Source of the DNA: a virus
Lineage: Duplodnaviria; Caudoviricetes
Virus record (IMG/VR): IMGVR_UViG_3300030372_001396
Coordinates: 1 to 45,163 of that record
Length of the DNA stretch: 45,163 nucleotides
Strand: one strand, 5' to 3'
A program made the translations under genes and the position numbers. Under the pieces are notes generated by a model. That model saw nothing but the letters and a program-made list of their open reading frames with translations, ran no database searches and was not told the origin of the DNA. Positions 1 to 9,923 of the stretch are shown piece after piece (the first letter of the stretch is position 1; each line of letters opens with the position of its first letter).

Positions 1-1
1 T

Positions 2-877
2 AGAAAACTAGCACGATTCGGCTACGAAAATAAACCAGAAGTGTGGTATACAGGTAAAGAAGCACCAATCAATGAAAGTGTTGCTATTGGTAATGTTCCG
101 ACTGGTTGGGAATATGTAATAGAATATTCAGACCATAAAGAGTTTGGTGAAGAGTTTGTAAACCAACAATATATGTTAAGATATATGGGTGAGCATTTTA
201 TTGCTAAAGCAAACTACGACTCTAGAGGGTTAGAAGATGTAGAGTTTGCAGCATTAGATATGAGATTTAAAAAAGACTTTGGTAATCTTGCATTATCTAT
301 GGGTGTAGCAGGTAGAAGTCACCCTGCATATTTAGATTTTAGACCTATTGATTTATGGTGGGATGAACAAGGTATAGACATAACAGAATCTATACCATTC
401 TGGGAGTTTGCATACTTCTATGGATACACAGATGAGTGGGTAGAGCAGTTTACACAATACGGTTATAGTTACTTTGATTATAAGTGGTATAATGAAGAAG
501 GTGAACTTGTTGCTAATACAGATGACCAATTTTATAAACAGATTTATGGTAGAATAGTAAGAGAGTACAACGAAGAATATGCTAAAGACCTAGGTTATCA
601 AAATGAATTATCTTTAAGTGTGGGTGCAGATTACTATAAATACACACCGAAGAATTGGTTTCACTTCTGGGCTACTGCATATCCAGTAACTAAAGGTATG
701 TCTGATTATTCATTTAACTATGATGTAGCAGAAAATGGTATGGACTATGATTTAGGATTAGTATATGGCTGGAAGCTCACTAATAAGTTTGGAGTATTTT
801 TGGAAGGTAGATATTTAAATATGTATGATGTTCAGTCCTATGAATCTAAAGTTGGATTTAACTGGTTAATATATTAA
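2..877 (+). CDS. Putative outer-membrane beta-barrel protein, C-terminal part (5' truncated)
   Basis: Frame is open from base 2 (RKLARFGYENKPEVW...). Aromatic-rich amphipathic strands. C-terminus YESKVGFNWLIY resembles a beta-signal. Probable N-terminus at 44990-45163. Confidence 0.6.
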   Translation, partial: RKLARFGYENKPEVWYTGKEAPINESVAIGNVPTGWEYVIEYSDHKEFGEEFVNQQYMLRYMGEHFIAKANYDSRGLEDVEFAALDMRFKKDFGNLALSMGVAGRSHPAYLDFRPIDLWWDEQGIDITESIPFWEFAYFYGYTDEWVEQFTQYGYSYFDYKWYNEEGELVANTDDQFYKQIYGRIVREYNEEYAKDLGYQNELSLSVGADYYKYTPKNWFHFWATAYPVTKGMSDYSFNYDVAENGMDYDLGLVYGWKLTNKFGVFLEGRYLNMYDVQSYESKVGFNWLIY

Positions 878-1167
878 TGGCTAGAAAGAAAGACCCAAGA
901 TTAAAAAGGGCTGGTGTTGCAGCTTTTAACAAGCCTAAGAGAACACCGAACCATCCAAAAAAATCTCATGTTGTTGTAGCGAGGTCTGGTGGTAAAGTTA
1001 AGACAATTCGTTTTGGGCAGCAAGGTGCCAAGACTGCAGGCAAACCTAAAAAAGGTGAGTCTAGAAGAACAAGAATGAAAAGAAAAAGTTTTAAAGCAAG
1101 GCATAGAAAGAATATAGCAAGAGGTCCAATGAGTGCAGCTTACTGGGCTAATAAGGTGAAATGGTAA
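877..1167 (+). CDS. Small highly basic phage protein
   Basis: 96 aa, K/R-rich, with KTIRFGQQG...RKSFKARH...SAAYWANKVKW motifs typical of a widespread aquatic-phage family; TAATG coupling. Confidence 0.8.
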   Translation: MARKKDPRLKRAGVAAFNKPKRTPNHPKKSHVVVARSGGKVKTIRFGQQGAKTAGKPKKGESRRTRMKRKSFKARHRKNIARGPMSAAYWANKVKW

Positions 1168-1373
1168 TGGCTAAAAGAGTACAAAGAAAAAAAATAGGCA
1201 AGAACAAATCAAGAGTAAATGAAGCAGGTAACTATACTAAACCTACTATGCGTAAAAATTTATTTAATAGAATAAAAGCAGGTGGTAAGGGTGGTAAACC
1301 AGGACAGTGGTCAGCTCGTAAAGCTCAAATGTTAGCTAAACAATATAAAGCTAAAGGTGGGGGCTATAGATAG
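1167..1373 (+). CDS. Small highly basic phage protein
   Basis: NYTKP...GQWSARKAQMLAKQYKAKGGGY motif; start taken at the TAATG overlap (1167). Confidence 0.8.
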   Translation: MAKRVQRKKIGKNKSRVNEAGNYTKPTMRKNLFNRIKAGGKGGKPGQWSARKAQMLAKQYKAKGGGYR

Positions 1374-1612
1374 TGGCTCTTAAAAAATCACAAGCAAGTT
1401 TAAAAAATTGGGGCAAACAAAAATGGAGAACCTCAGATGGCAAACCTAGTAAAGGTTTGAAAAGATATTTGCCTGACGCAGCTTGGAAGGCCTTAAGCCC
1501 AGCTGAGAAGGCAGCAACCAACAGAGCTAAAAGAAAAGGTGGAAAAAAAGGTAAGCAGTTTGTAAAGCAACCTAAGGGTATAGCAAAAAAAACTGCAAGA
1601 TATAGAAAATAA
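1373..1612 (+). CDS. Small highly basic phage protein (DUF5872-like)
   Basis: GTG start overlapping the previous stop; SQxSLKxWxKQKWRT...RYLP motif. Confidence 0.75.
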   Translation: MALKKSQASLKNWGKQKWRTSDGKPSKGLKRYLPDAAWKALSPAEKAATNRAKRKGGKKGKQFVKQPKGIAKKTARYRK

Positions 1613-1615
1613 ACA

Positions 1616-1644
1616 TTGACAAAAGTGTTAAATCAGATTATTTT
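1616..1644 (+). promoter_or_regulatory. sigma70-like promoter upstream of the lysis genes
   Basis: Intergenic TTGACA-N17-TATTTT; spacer contains AAGTGTTAAAT, shared with other late promoters. Confidence 0.5.
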
Positions 1645-1706
1645 TGAAGAGACACTTCAAGGAAGCAGTATTAGGGTAACCTAATATTAGGGATAAAGGA
1701 GAAGTT

Positions 1707-1853
1707 ATGGTAGTATTTATATGTGGATTAGTAATTGGTTTTGTATTACACAAATTGTGGTGTGATTACAAAAATAAATGTGAATGCAAGGAAGATTTTA
1801 ATTTTAAACAGATAAAAAATAAATTAGAAAAAATCAAACGAGGTAAGAAATAA
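1707..1853 (+). CDS. 48-aa membrane protein, possible lysis accessory (not in ORF track)
   Basis: AAGGAG RBS; MVVFICGLVIGFVLHKLW hydrophobic N-terminus and basic tail; TAATG overlap with the holin. Confidence 0.7.
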   Translation: MVVFICGLVIGFVLHKLWCDYKNKCECKEDFNFKQIKNKLEKIKRGKK

Positions 1854-2224
1854 TGCCTAAATTAGATATTGTAGCAGGAATCATTGATAAAGTAGCTGGT
1901 CATGTAGACAAGTTTACTTTAGATAAAGAGGAAAAAGCACAATTAATACAAGAAATAAACAAAGCACAGATAGAAGTAAACAAAGTAGAAGCTGGTTCTT
2001 CCAGTTTATTTGTAAGTGGATGGAGACCATTTATAGGTTGGACTTGTGGGGTAGCATTATGTTATCACTTCATATTACAACCATTCTTAATGTTTGTTTT
2101 ATTATCTGCTGGAAAGCCTATGGAGTTACCAGTATTTCAAATGGAAACATTGACTACAATACTTATGGGACTTTTAGGTTTGGGTGGATTGAGAACATAC
2201 GAGAAGGTAAAGAGGTCAGCCTAA
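1853..2224 (+). CDS. Holin (GTA-type 3TM family)
   Basis: NKVEA...SLFVSGWRPFIGWTCG...LMGLLGLGGLRTYEK signature. Confidence 0.85.
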   Translation: MPKLDIVAGIIDKVAGHVDKFTLDKEEKAQLIQEINKAQIEVNKVEAGSSSLFVSGWRPFIGWTCGVALCYHFILQPFLMFVLLSAGKPMELPVFQMETLTTILMGLLGLGGLRTYEKVKRSA

Positions 2225-2709
2225 TGGTAAACTCAGAACAAATAAAAGGCTTAGTGTCTGAAGTGTGTGTCAAGTTAGGAGAGAAATATTCTTCTGACAC
2301 TGCTATAGAATTAGTATACAATACAGGATTAGTGGAGAGTAAATATGAATATATTAAACAGATTGGTACAGGACCTGCAAAAAGCTTTTGGCAAGTTGAA
2401 CCAGAAACAGCCGTTGATAATTGTAAGAACTTTATTGCCAACCGCCCTGAGTTGGTTGAGAGAGTTGCTGATATACTTAACATTGACCCTATCAATATTG
2501 TTGAGCCTGACCCTGTATTTTGGGATTGGATGCTTCATAGTAATAATGCTGCTGGTATCTTACATTGCAGAATTAAGTATTGGAGGGTTCAAGAGTCTAT
2601 ACCACCAGGCGTTGACGGACTAGCCTATTACTGGAAAAAGTATTACAACACAGTAGAAGGTGCTGGAACAGAAGAACACTTTAAAGATATAGTAAAAAAA
2701 TATAATTAA
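2224..2709 (+). CDS. Putative endolysin (lysozyme/transglycosylase-like)
   Basis: TGLVES catalytic-Glu motif, GPAKSFWQVEPET and YYWKKYYNT; follows the holin; real start likely ATG 2224 rather than 2020. Confidence 0.7.
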   Translation: MVNSEQIKGLVSEVCVKLGEKYSSDTAIELVYNTGLVESKYEYIKQIGTGPAKSFWQVEPETAVDNCKNFIANRPELVERVADILNIDPINIVEPDPVFWDWMLHSNNAAGILHCRIKYWRVQESIPPGVDGLAYYWKKYYNTVEGAGTEEHFKDIVKKYN

Positions 2710-4884
2710 ATGGCAAAACAATCATTCAATGTAAGACAATTTGAGCTTGGAGTTAATAATAAAAACTCTGCAAAAGATTTATCTGATGGATTTTTAGCAG
2801 AAGCAACTAATGTTAATGTAGGTAATGTAGGTAAGATACTAACTTGTGGAAAGTTTGACAATCTTAGCAGTTCAACAACATTAACAGACGATGGTAATGC
2901 AGGAATACAAGCTGGATATGGGTTGTATAAGTTCAGTAGTGATATAGTTCCTACTGGAGGGGCAGATGGTGGGGAATACTTAGCATATACTTCTCCTAAG
3001 GGGGAAGTATTTGTTAGTACCAACACTTCATTTGCTAGTGCTGCACCCATAGACTCTGCAACTTTGATAGCATCAGGTAGTGCAACAGATGCAAAGCCTG
3101 TCTATTATTATGCAGAAGGTGGATTAAGAGTGGCAGATACTGACTTTGCAAATACTGGAAACGAACAGATAGCATTAGTTAGAATTGAAAGAACCAACGA
3201 TGTTCACCCAGATGTATACTCTGCAGCAGTTACAGACCAAATGAAATTTTATAATGGTGGATTAGCTGCTCCTGTTACAGCAGACTTTGAATCATTAGCT
3301 GCTCCTGTAGATGAAGAAGACGGTGCAGAAGATGGCTCTGCTCCATCCACTAGTGGGGCTGAGTTTAGGTTGAAGTTAGCATCTACTGGTACAGGTAGTA
3401 GTAGCTCAAGAAATGATGGTCTTTGGCCAGAGGGTGTATATGCAATAGGTGTATCTTATGTATACTTTGGAGGGCAAGAGTCTTTACTACACAATCCTTT
3501 TAGTCCAATAACCTTAGCAGATGCTCAATATTTTATAGCAAGTTTATCTATTAAAGATGATAGCATTAGTCCTTTCTTACAAGGTATGAGAATATATGTA
3601 AAAAATTATAACAATCCAGATGAAGAGTATAGATTATTATTAGATGTAAATTTTGAGAGAGGAGCCAGAGTTTCATTAGCAGATGAGTATGATGCGTTTA
3701 TAGATAAGTCAGGCTATGTAGTAACAAACGATACTAACAATCCTGATACTGACGCAACAGCTTATCATATAAAATCACCTGCGTTAGATACCTACTCTAC
3801 TATTAATGGATTTGCACCAGAAGAAAAAGCAATAACCTTTAATGGCCAAGAAGCTTATTCATATAAAGCAGCAGTAGTTGCAAACCAAAGAGCTTTTGTA
3901 GGCAATGTCTTGTATGTAGACAGTGAAGGAGTTACAAAAGAAATGGGAGATAGAATACAATATAGCCCAGTAAACAAATATGATACATTTCCACAGTCTT
4001 ATTATATAGATGTAGGAACAAATGATGGTGATAAAATAGTAAAGCTTGTAGAGTTTGAGGATAGGTTGTTTGTATATAAAGAAAACAAATTGTTTATTAT
4101 TAATATTGCATCTGGTTCTGATGCTGGTTGGTATGTAGAAGGAGAGTTTGAAAACAGAGGTATTAATCACCCAGCTGCTGTATCTAAATCTGATTTAGGT
4201 TTGGTGTGGGTTAATGATTTTGGAATGTTTAGTTTTTCACAAACTATAAATAAATTAAGTGGAGCCATAGACGAAGATACTTGGGCCAGTAATATAAACA
4301 GTGACGCTTGTGCTGTTGGTTTTGTTCCAAAGAAAAATCAAATTATTATTATAGGAGATTGTAACTCTACTGATAGTAAAGGATATTTGTATGACATAGC
4401 AACTAAATCTTTTGTAAATATAAACGATACCAATACCCTTGTAAGTAAGAAAACAACCAACCTTGTTCCATATAATAAAGAGTTGGTTTGTATGGAGTTT
4501 ACTACAGACTCAAGCAATGATGTATACACAGTGAAAAGATATGATACAGATGCTAAGGCACAAACAATAGATATACAAACAGCAGAGTATGATTTAGGTG
4601 AGCCTTCAGTAGATAAAAAGTTTTATGCAGTTTATGTTACACATAAGAATGCTGATGATTTAGTCATTACTGGTGGGTTTGAAGGTGCTGCACCAACAAC
4701 AAACATCTTTGATTCTAACACATTTTCTACAAGTGATGACATGGTGACTACAAAGTTTAAAATAGCTAGTGGGTCTAGAGTTAAAAAGAAATCTTTACAA
4801 TTAAAGATAGCAGGTAATGCACAAGCTGATTTAGAAATACAAGATATAAGTATAGTCTTTAGGTCTAGGGGGGTAAGAGGATGA
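2710..4884 (+). CDS. Tail nozzle/stabilisation protein (P22 gp10 / T7 gp12-like)
   Basis: 724 aa, beta-rich, with propeller-like segments (NDGDKIVKLVEFEDRLFVYKENKLFII) and C-terminal YDLGEPSVDKKF; precedes the ejection proteins. Confidence 0.65.
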   Translation: MAKQSFNVRQFELGVNNKNSAKDLSDGFLAEATNVNVGNVGKILTCGKFDNLSSSTTLTDDGNAGIQAGYGLYKFSSDIVPTGGADGGEYLAYTSPKGEVFVSTNTSFASAAPIDSATLIASGSATDAKPVYYYAEGGLRVADTDFANTGNEQIALVRIERTNDVHPDVYSAAVTDQMKFYNGGLAAPVTADFESLAAPVDEEDGAEDGSAPSTSGAEFRLKLASTGTGSSSSRNDGLWPEGVYAIGVSYVYFGGQESLLHNPFSPITLADAQYFIASLSIKDDSISPFLQGMRIYVKNYNNPDEEYRLLLDVNFERGARVSLADEYDAFIDKSGYVVTNDTNNPDTDATAYHIKSPALDTYSTINGFAPEEKAITFNGQEAYSYKAAVVANQRAFVGNVLYVDSEGVTKEMGDRIQYSPVNKYDTFPQSYYIDVGTNDGDKIVKLVEFEDRLFVYKENKLFIINIASGSDAGWYVEGEFENRGINHPAAVSKSDLGLVWVNDFGMFSFSQTINKLSGAIDEDTWASNINSDACAVGFVPKKNQIIIIGDCNSTDSKGYLYDIATKSFVNINDTNTLVSKKTTNLVPYNKELVCMEFTTDSSNDVYTVKRYDTDAKAQTIDIQTAEYDLGEPSVDKKFYAVYVTHKNADDLVITGGFEGAAPTTNIFDSNTFSTSDDMVTTKFKIASGSRVKKKSLQLKIAGNAQADLEIQDISIVFRSRGVRG

Positions 4885-5255
4885 CACAAGTTAAAGGAAG
4901 AACCGTAGCTGGTACAAGTAAGCAGGTTAAAAAAGGACCTGTATCTGTTCAACAAATGAAGAACGGAGAAGAGATACTACAATATCATAACGGTAGATTA
5001 AAAATTATTAGAAAAGAATTTGGTAAACTGTTTGAGTTAGAGTTTAGTAGCCCTGAGTTAAAAGAATTAAAAACATTTGCAAAACATTCCGATGTAAAAA
5101 AACCATCAAGAGATGCTATTAAAATTTTTAAAGGAGGAGTTAGAGCTGCTACTGGTAAAAGTTTTTATGGTTCTGTTCCTTCTGCTGGAGATTCTAATGT
5201 AAAAGCAGGAGAATTTGAAGTTGCACCAGACGGCGAAAGTTTGATATTAAAATGA
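4881..5255 (+). CDS. Hypothetical protein
   Basis: 124-aa ORF with ATGA overlap, in the operon. Confidence 0.7.
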   Translation: MTQVKGRTVAGTSKQVKKGPVSVQQMKNGEEILQYHNGRLKIIRKEFGKLFELEFSSPELKELKTFAKHSDVKKPSRDAIKIFKGGVRAATGKSFYGSVPSAGDSNVKAGEFEVAPDGESLILK

Positions 5256-5261
5256 TTAATC

Positions 5262-5291
5262 TTGACTTTATAGAGGAGAAAGTGTTAAATT
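5262..5291 (+). promoter_or_regulatory. sigma70-like late promoter
   Basis: TTGACT-N18-TAAATT with extended TG; near-identical to 28482-28511. Confidence 0.6.
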
Positions 5292-5333
5292 TACCCCAAA
5301 GGTTTACCATAAATTTCAAAGGAGAATACCTGG

Positions 5334-6848
5334 ATGTCCTTTAATCCTAGAGTTCATAAAAAGAATAATATAAAGTATAGTACATCCCATACTAATGCTC
5401 TATTAAATTTAGCACAAACACAAGCTGCTGAAACTATTATACTAGAAAATATGTTACAGTCTAGGCTTGATAAAATAGAGAAAGCAAAAAAGAAATCTAA
5501 AAAGTTTGGTGCATTTTCTAAGATTGTAAGTAAAATTATTCCTGGAAAAGTAGATGATGCAATATTAGGTATTGCAAACGCAGCATTTGCAGACAGGCAA
5601 AGAGCTAAAGCTTATGGTGGTATTGACATAGGACAAGTATCTTTATTAAAAGATGCAGCAAGAGAAATAAACTCACAAGCTTTAGAGTTTTCAGAAGAGC
5701 TTATGAAGGACATGACTTTCCGTGCTGGTGCTAAGAAACTTATATCAGATAAAATGATAGCTCAGATTGGAGAGCTACCTGAAATTAAAAAGCTTAAAGA
5801 AAACTTTAATGCTTTATCTTTTAAAGAACAATTAAAACCTAAAAACCTTATGAGCTTTGTAAAAGGTTCTTCTGAGGTTACAGCTAACTTTATGAAAAAT
5901 CCTATTGGGTTTATGAAAAGATATGAACGAGACCCAATCACAAAAGAATTACAATACAAAGGTACATCTGCGTTAAATAAATTCTTTAGTTCTTCAATAG
6001 AGGCAGACAGAAAAACATACCAGAATGAATTTAACAGATTAAGAAAAGAGGCTGGACTAGACATGAGTGTTTATAGCATGTTAGAAACACCAAGAGAAGA
6101 GTTACAGATAAGGATGCCTTCTATAGATGAGCAAGGATTTCCAGAAGGTTTTGCTAAGATGAGCATTCCGTCAGCAGCAGATGTTGTTAGTGATGAAATA
6201 GAAGTAGAAGATTTATTGTTAGACCGTACTTTATTAGACGATGTCAAAGAAGCATTACCTGAACCTACAAGACCAGCTATAGAACTTTCTAAGGAAATAG
6301 AAGATATGGCAGACGACCTACCTGTAGAGCCTGATAGACCTATAATATCTATACCATCAGAAGAGCCAGACATAGCACCTGATATGAGTTTAGAACCTAC
6401 GCCAGAAAGACCTTCTGTTGCTATGCCATCAGAAGAGCTAGAAGACATAGAAGGGGATATGTTGTTACCTCAACCTCAAAGAGCATTTGGTGGAGGAGCT
6501 TTTCAAACAAACCTTACATACGACCCAGTTACTTTACAACCTACTTATGGTACATCTTATATGAACTATGCAGTTGATTCAGTTGGAGATACACTTATGT
6601 ATCAAACTCCAGAGTTTAAAGCTAATACATTTGATATGAGCAGAAGAAATGCTCAAGCTTTTTATGACCTTACCCCATTAGATAGTTTATTATCTGTTAC
6701 TCAACCATCAGGAATGTCTGTAGAGGAAACACTATCACAGTTTGGTGCATTTAATGAGCCTTTTAAAAAGCAAGATATGTTTGACAGGATGAGCAAAAGA
6801 GACCAAAGAAAATTTAGAAGAAATAACCCTAACATGTTTGGAAGATAA
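5334..6848 (+). CDS. Putative internal virion/ejection protein
   Basis: 504 aa; basic helical N-half and acidic Pro-rich ~22-aa repeats; AAGGAG RBS; position in the ejection cluster. Confidence 0.55.
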   Translation: MSFNPRVHKKNNIKYSTSHTNALLNLAQTQAAETIILENMLQSRLDKIEKAKKKSKKFGAFSKIVSKIIPGKVDDAILGIANAAFADRQRAKAYGGIDIGQVSLLKDAAREINSQALEFSEELMKDMTFRAGAKKLISDKMIAQIGELPEIKKLKENFNALSFKEQLKPKNLMSFVKGSSEVTANFMKNPIGFMKRYERDPITKELQYKGTSALNKFFSSSIEADRKTYQNEFNRLRKEAGLDMSVYSMLETPREELQIRMPSIDEQGFPEGFAKMSIPSAADVVSDEIEVEDLLLDRTLLDDVKEALPEPTRPAIELSKEIEDMADDLPVEPDRPIISIPSEEPDIAPDMSLEPTPERPSVAMPSEELEDIEGDMLLPQPQRAFGGGAFQTNLTYDPVTLQPTYGTSYMNYAVDSVGDTLMYQTPEFKANTFDMSRRNAQAFYDLTPLDSLLSVTQPSGMSVEETLSQFGAFNEPFKKQDMFDRMSKRDQRKFRRNNPNMFGR

Positions 6849-8041
6849 TGGCAAACGGTATCAACAGTTTATTAGCATTAGGTAGTTTACAAGCACCAGG
6901 CATGAAGAAAAAGAAAGAGTCTGAAAGCATGTTCAAGCCTATAGATTTACAACCAATAAACAATAATCTAGAGCCTAATATGGGAGGGTTTGGACAACCT
7001 CTTATGCAGCAACCATCTTTAAATATACAAGCACCATCACAGTTATCAGCATCACTACAAATAGATGCCATAGGGGGAGGACCAGACCAGATAGGTGGAG
7101 CTGAAGGAACAACTAGGGGTGGAGAATATGGAGACATAGACATAGATGAAGGTTCAGGAGTGTCTGGACTGGGTGGTCAAGGTGGTCAAGGTGGTCAGAC
7201 TGGTTCTATGTTTGGAGGAGATGGATATACATACACACCTTTTCAAACATCTAGAGAAAGTTTATTTGAATCTTTTTATGGAGGATTGCAAGACCCTTAT
7301 AGAAGCCAGCTTGTGTCTGCAACAGCACAAGACAGTGAAGGTGGACAAGCTTTATCCTTAGAGGAGTTAGCAGACTTAGCAGGATTTGATACAAGCAAGC
7401 TATCTGCAGATGACTATCAAGCTTTACAGTCAGCTGGTATAGGACAGTTTGCAAACTACATGCAAGGAACAGGGGAGAAGTTAGAAAACTTACAAGGGTA
7501 TCGCAGTATGTTGTTAAGCCAAGCAGCAACAGAAGGAAGTTATGCAGCAGAAGGATTGTTAGGTATGGCAGAAGAAGGTTCTGTCTCTGGTTTAAGGTCA
7601 GGTAGAGAAACAACAAGAGGGAGACAGGCTCGTAAATCTTTGAGAGAAGCAATGCAAACACAATTATTAGGAGGGGAAGAGTCTTATCAATCAGAATTAG
7701 AAGGATTAAGAAGTGAAGTAGTTGGAGGCCTAAGAGAAGGGTTGGCTGGTATTGCAGATAAAGTTATTGGATTAAATGCTGACCTAGGAACAAAGTTAAA
7801 AGACTATAACTATGAGTTTGGAGATGCAAATAACCCAAGCAATAGTTATCAATACAACCCCAACGCAGGTAATCCAGCAAACTATGACCAAATATACAGT
7901 CTGTATGATATAACCCCATCAGATATGCAAGCAATACAAACATACCTAACTGAGTTTTTTGTAAACAATAATTATTACCCTACCACAGGGGCTTTAGATA
8001 GTTACATACAGACACTGGGGTATGGACAGGATGAGGAGTAG
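6848..8041 (+). CDS. Putative internal virion/ejection protein
   Basis: 397 aa, G/Q/S-rich low complexity (GGQ x3); TAATG coupling. Confidence 0.55.
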   Translation: MANGINSLLALGSLQAPGMKKKKESESMFKPIDLQPINNNLEPNMGGFGQPLMQQPSLNIQAPSQLSASLQIDAIGGGPDQIGGAEGTTRGGEYGDIDIDEGSGVSGLGGQGGQGGQTGSMFGGDGYTYTPFQTSRESLFESFYGGLQDPYRSQLVSATAQDSEGGQALSLEELADLAGFDTSKLSADDYQALQSAGIGQFANYMQGTGEKLENLQGYRSMLLSQAATEGSYAAEGLLGMAEEGSVSGLRSGRETTRGRQARKSLREAMQTQLLGGEESYQSELEGLRSEVVGGLREGLAGIADKVIGLNADLGTKLKDYNYEFGDANNPSNSYQYNPNAGNPANYDQIYSLYDITPSDMQAIQTYLTEFFVNNNYYPTTGALDSYIQTLGYGQDEE

Positions 8042-8046
8042 ATAAC

Positions 8047-9918
8047 ATGGCAACCAACCCACTAGCAGGACTATCAAGATATATTAATGTAAGGTATAGA
8101 GAGCCTAAAGAAAGCGTTGTTGATTCTATATTTGGAAGTTTCTCTGAAAGAACAGACCGTGAGATTGTAAAAGCAAACCTTGAACTAGAAAGAGAAAGGC
8201 TAAGAGGTAATGCAGACTTAGCACAAAGAAGATATAATCAAGAAAGGTTAGATAAGGGTAGAAGAAACTTAAATACAGATATAATTAATACATTAAATGT
8301 AACCAAAGGCTTACCTTACTTTATGCAACAAGAACAAATAGAAAAAATAGCTGGAAGTTATGTCCCAATACTAGGACAAGAAGTAGTAGATGAGGTAGTT
8401 GGAGTATCTAACCCTCTCAATTCAGGTAAGGGTGATGGATATGCAACAAAATCTAGAAACAATTATGAAATTACAAACAGGATTTCAAATCAAGGGCTGG
8501 TTACAACCCCTGAACAGTTATTACAATTAAATAGTTTGTTTGCTTTTGATGGTGACGGAGTAGAGGGTTACGGTGTAGCTTTAAATAAAGCATCTAAAAG
8601 AATAATGATAAAAAATAAACCTCTTGCAGAATTGTGGGAAAATGCAACCAGCATAAATCGTTCTTTTAAACTACAGTATAGTGACATCTCACAAAAACTT
8701 TTACAAGAAGAAATAAGTATCGGCTTAAAAACTGGTGGTGGTGAATCAGAGGTTGACGCACAAAACAGATTAATACAATATGTTGGAGAAGAAAAAGTAG
8801 ACAGATGGCAAGAAACAGTAAAAGGACAAAGAATTTTACAAAGAAGAAAGTTTTTATCAGATGCTGATAAGAGTATGAATGCATACAAAAGATATGAAGA
8901 TAATCCTTTCTTATTCATACAAGAAAATATTGAAATGCCTGACACAACAATGTCAGATATAAGCCAAGAAGTTCTTGATGTAGCTAGAAAAACCATTAGT
9001 GAAGCTGACAGTGTGTTGCCAAACAATGTAATGGTAAACTTAAATCTAAATAATTTACCAAACATTGAATCAGTCTTAGCTGACAGCACGGTCATTACAC
9101 CAGCCCCAGTACCAGAGCCAAAGGCAGTAAATTCTTTATTAGAAGATGATAGTTGGTTAAATGTAACATTAGATAATGATGGGTTTGCTAGTGCAGAAGA
9201 ATACTTATCAAGTCAAAACCTTATTCCAACACAAACAGATACTATGACAGTAGCACAGTCAGATACGATAGCACCAGTAGAAGTTAACCCCTTACAAACA
9301 GTAGACACTGACAATATTTTAAGTAATAATGCAGTAAAGGTACAGAGTGGAGAGTATCCTTCCCCATTACAAATGTTTGAAACTATGTCAATGGCAGAGT
9401 CATCAGGAAACCCTGACGCTGAACGAGTGAATGACAGCGGTTCTATAGATGTTGGTTTAGTTCAAATCAATTCAGATAATGTGCTAGAACCTGGTAATGA
9501 ATTTGGTGGAGACTCAAACAAAATTATTAAAAAAGGACCAGACCAAGGTAAGCCAGACTTATTATGGGCAAAGGCACAAGAAATGTTTAGACAAGAGTTT
9601 GGAGGTTTAGAAGGAGAAGGTGGTGCTGACTGGGATAAGCTAGACGATAGAGGTAAGATGAATTTTGTCAAGAGCAATTTACAAGTACAAAAGAAATTCT
9701 TTAACATGTGGTATGCACAAAGACCTGCAGATTTTAAAGCACTTGACAGAGCTATGAATATGTATAATCAAAACAGACCTGCGACTGCATTAAACCAAGT
9801 TGCTGATGTAGCTATGGGTAATGTAGGAAGTGATGACATAGTAAGAACAGAGCTAGATAGTTTAGATTTAACTGCATCATATAACTTTGAAGAGGCTTCT
9901 TCAGATAGTCTAGGGTAA
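8047..9918 (+). CDS. Ejection protein with a lytic transglycosylase/lysozyme-like domain
   Basis: AESSGNPDA...DVGLVQINS (~9394-9475) matches the ES...GLxQ motif pair. Confidence 0.7.
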   Translation: MATNPLAGLSRYINVRYREPKESVVDSIFGSFSERTDREIVKANLELERERLRGNADLAQRRYNQERLDKGRRNLNTDIINTLNVTKGLPYFMQQEQIEKIAGSYVPILGQEVVDEVVGVSNPLNSGKGDGYATKSRNNYEITNRISNQGLVTTPEQLLQLNSLFAFDGDGVEGYGVALNKASKRIMIKNKPLAELWENATSINRSFKLQYSDISQKLLQEEISIGLKTGGGESEVDAQNRLIQYVGEEKVDRWQETVKGQRILQRRKFLSDADKSMNAYKRYEDNPFLFIQENIEMPDTTMSDISQEVLDVARKTISEADSVLPNNVMVNLNLNNLPNIESVLADSTVITPAPVPEPKAVNSLLEDDSWLNVTLDNDGFASAEEYLSSQNLIPTQTDTMTVAQSDTIAPVEVNPLQTVDTDNILSNNAVKVQSGEYPSPLQMFETMSMAESSGNPDAERVNDSGSIDVGLVQINSDNVLEPGNEFGGDSNKIIKKGPDQGKPDLLWAKAQEMFRQEFGGLEGEGGADWDKLDDRGKMNFVKSNLQVQKKFFNMWYAQRPADFKALDRAMNMYNQNRPATALNQVADVAMGNVGSDDIVRTELDSLDLTASYNFEEASSDSLG

Positions 9919-9923
9919 TTCTC

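Noticed and set aside
2020-2223. 68-aa N-terminal extension of the endolysin overlapping the holin
   Set aside because: No RBS; TAATG coupling at 2224 gives a more plausible start
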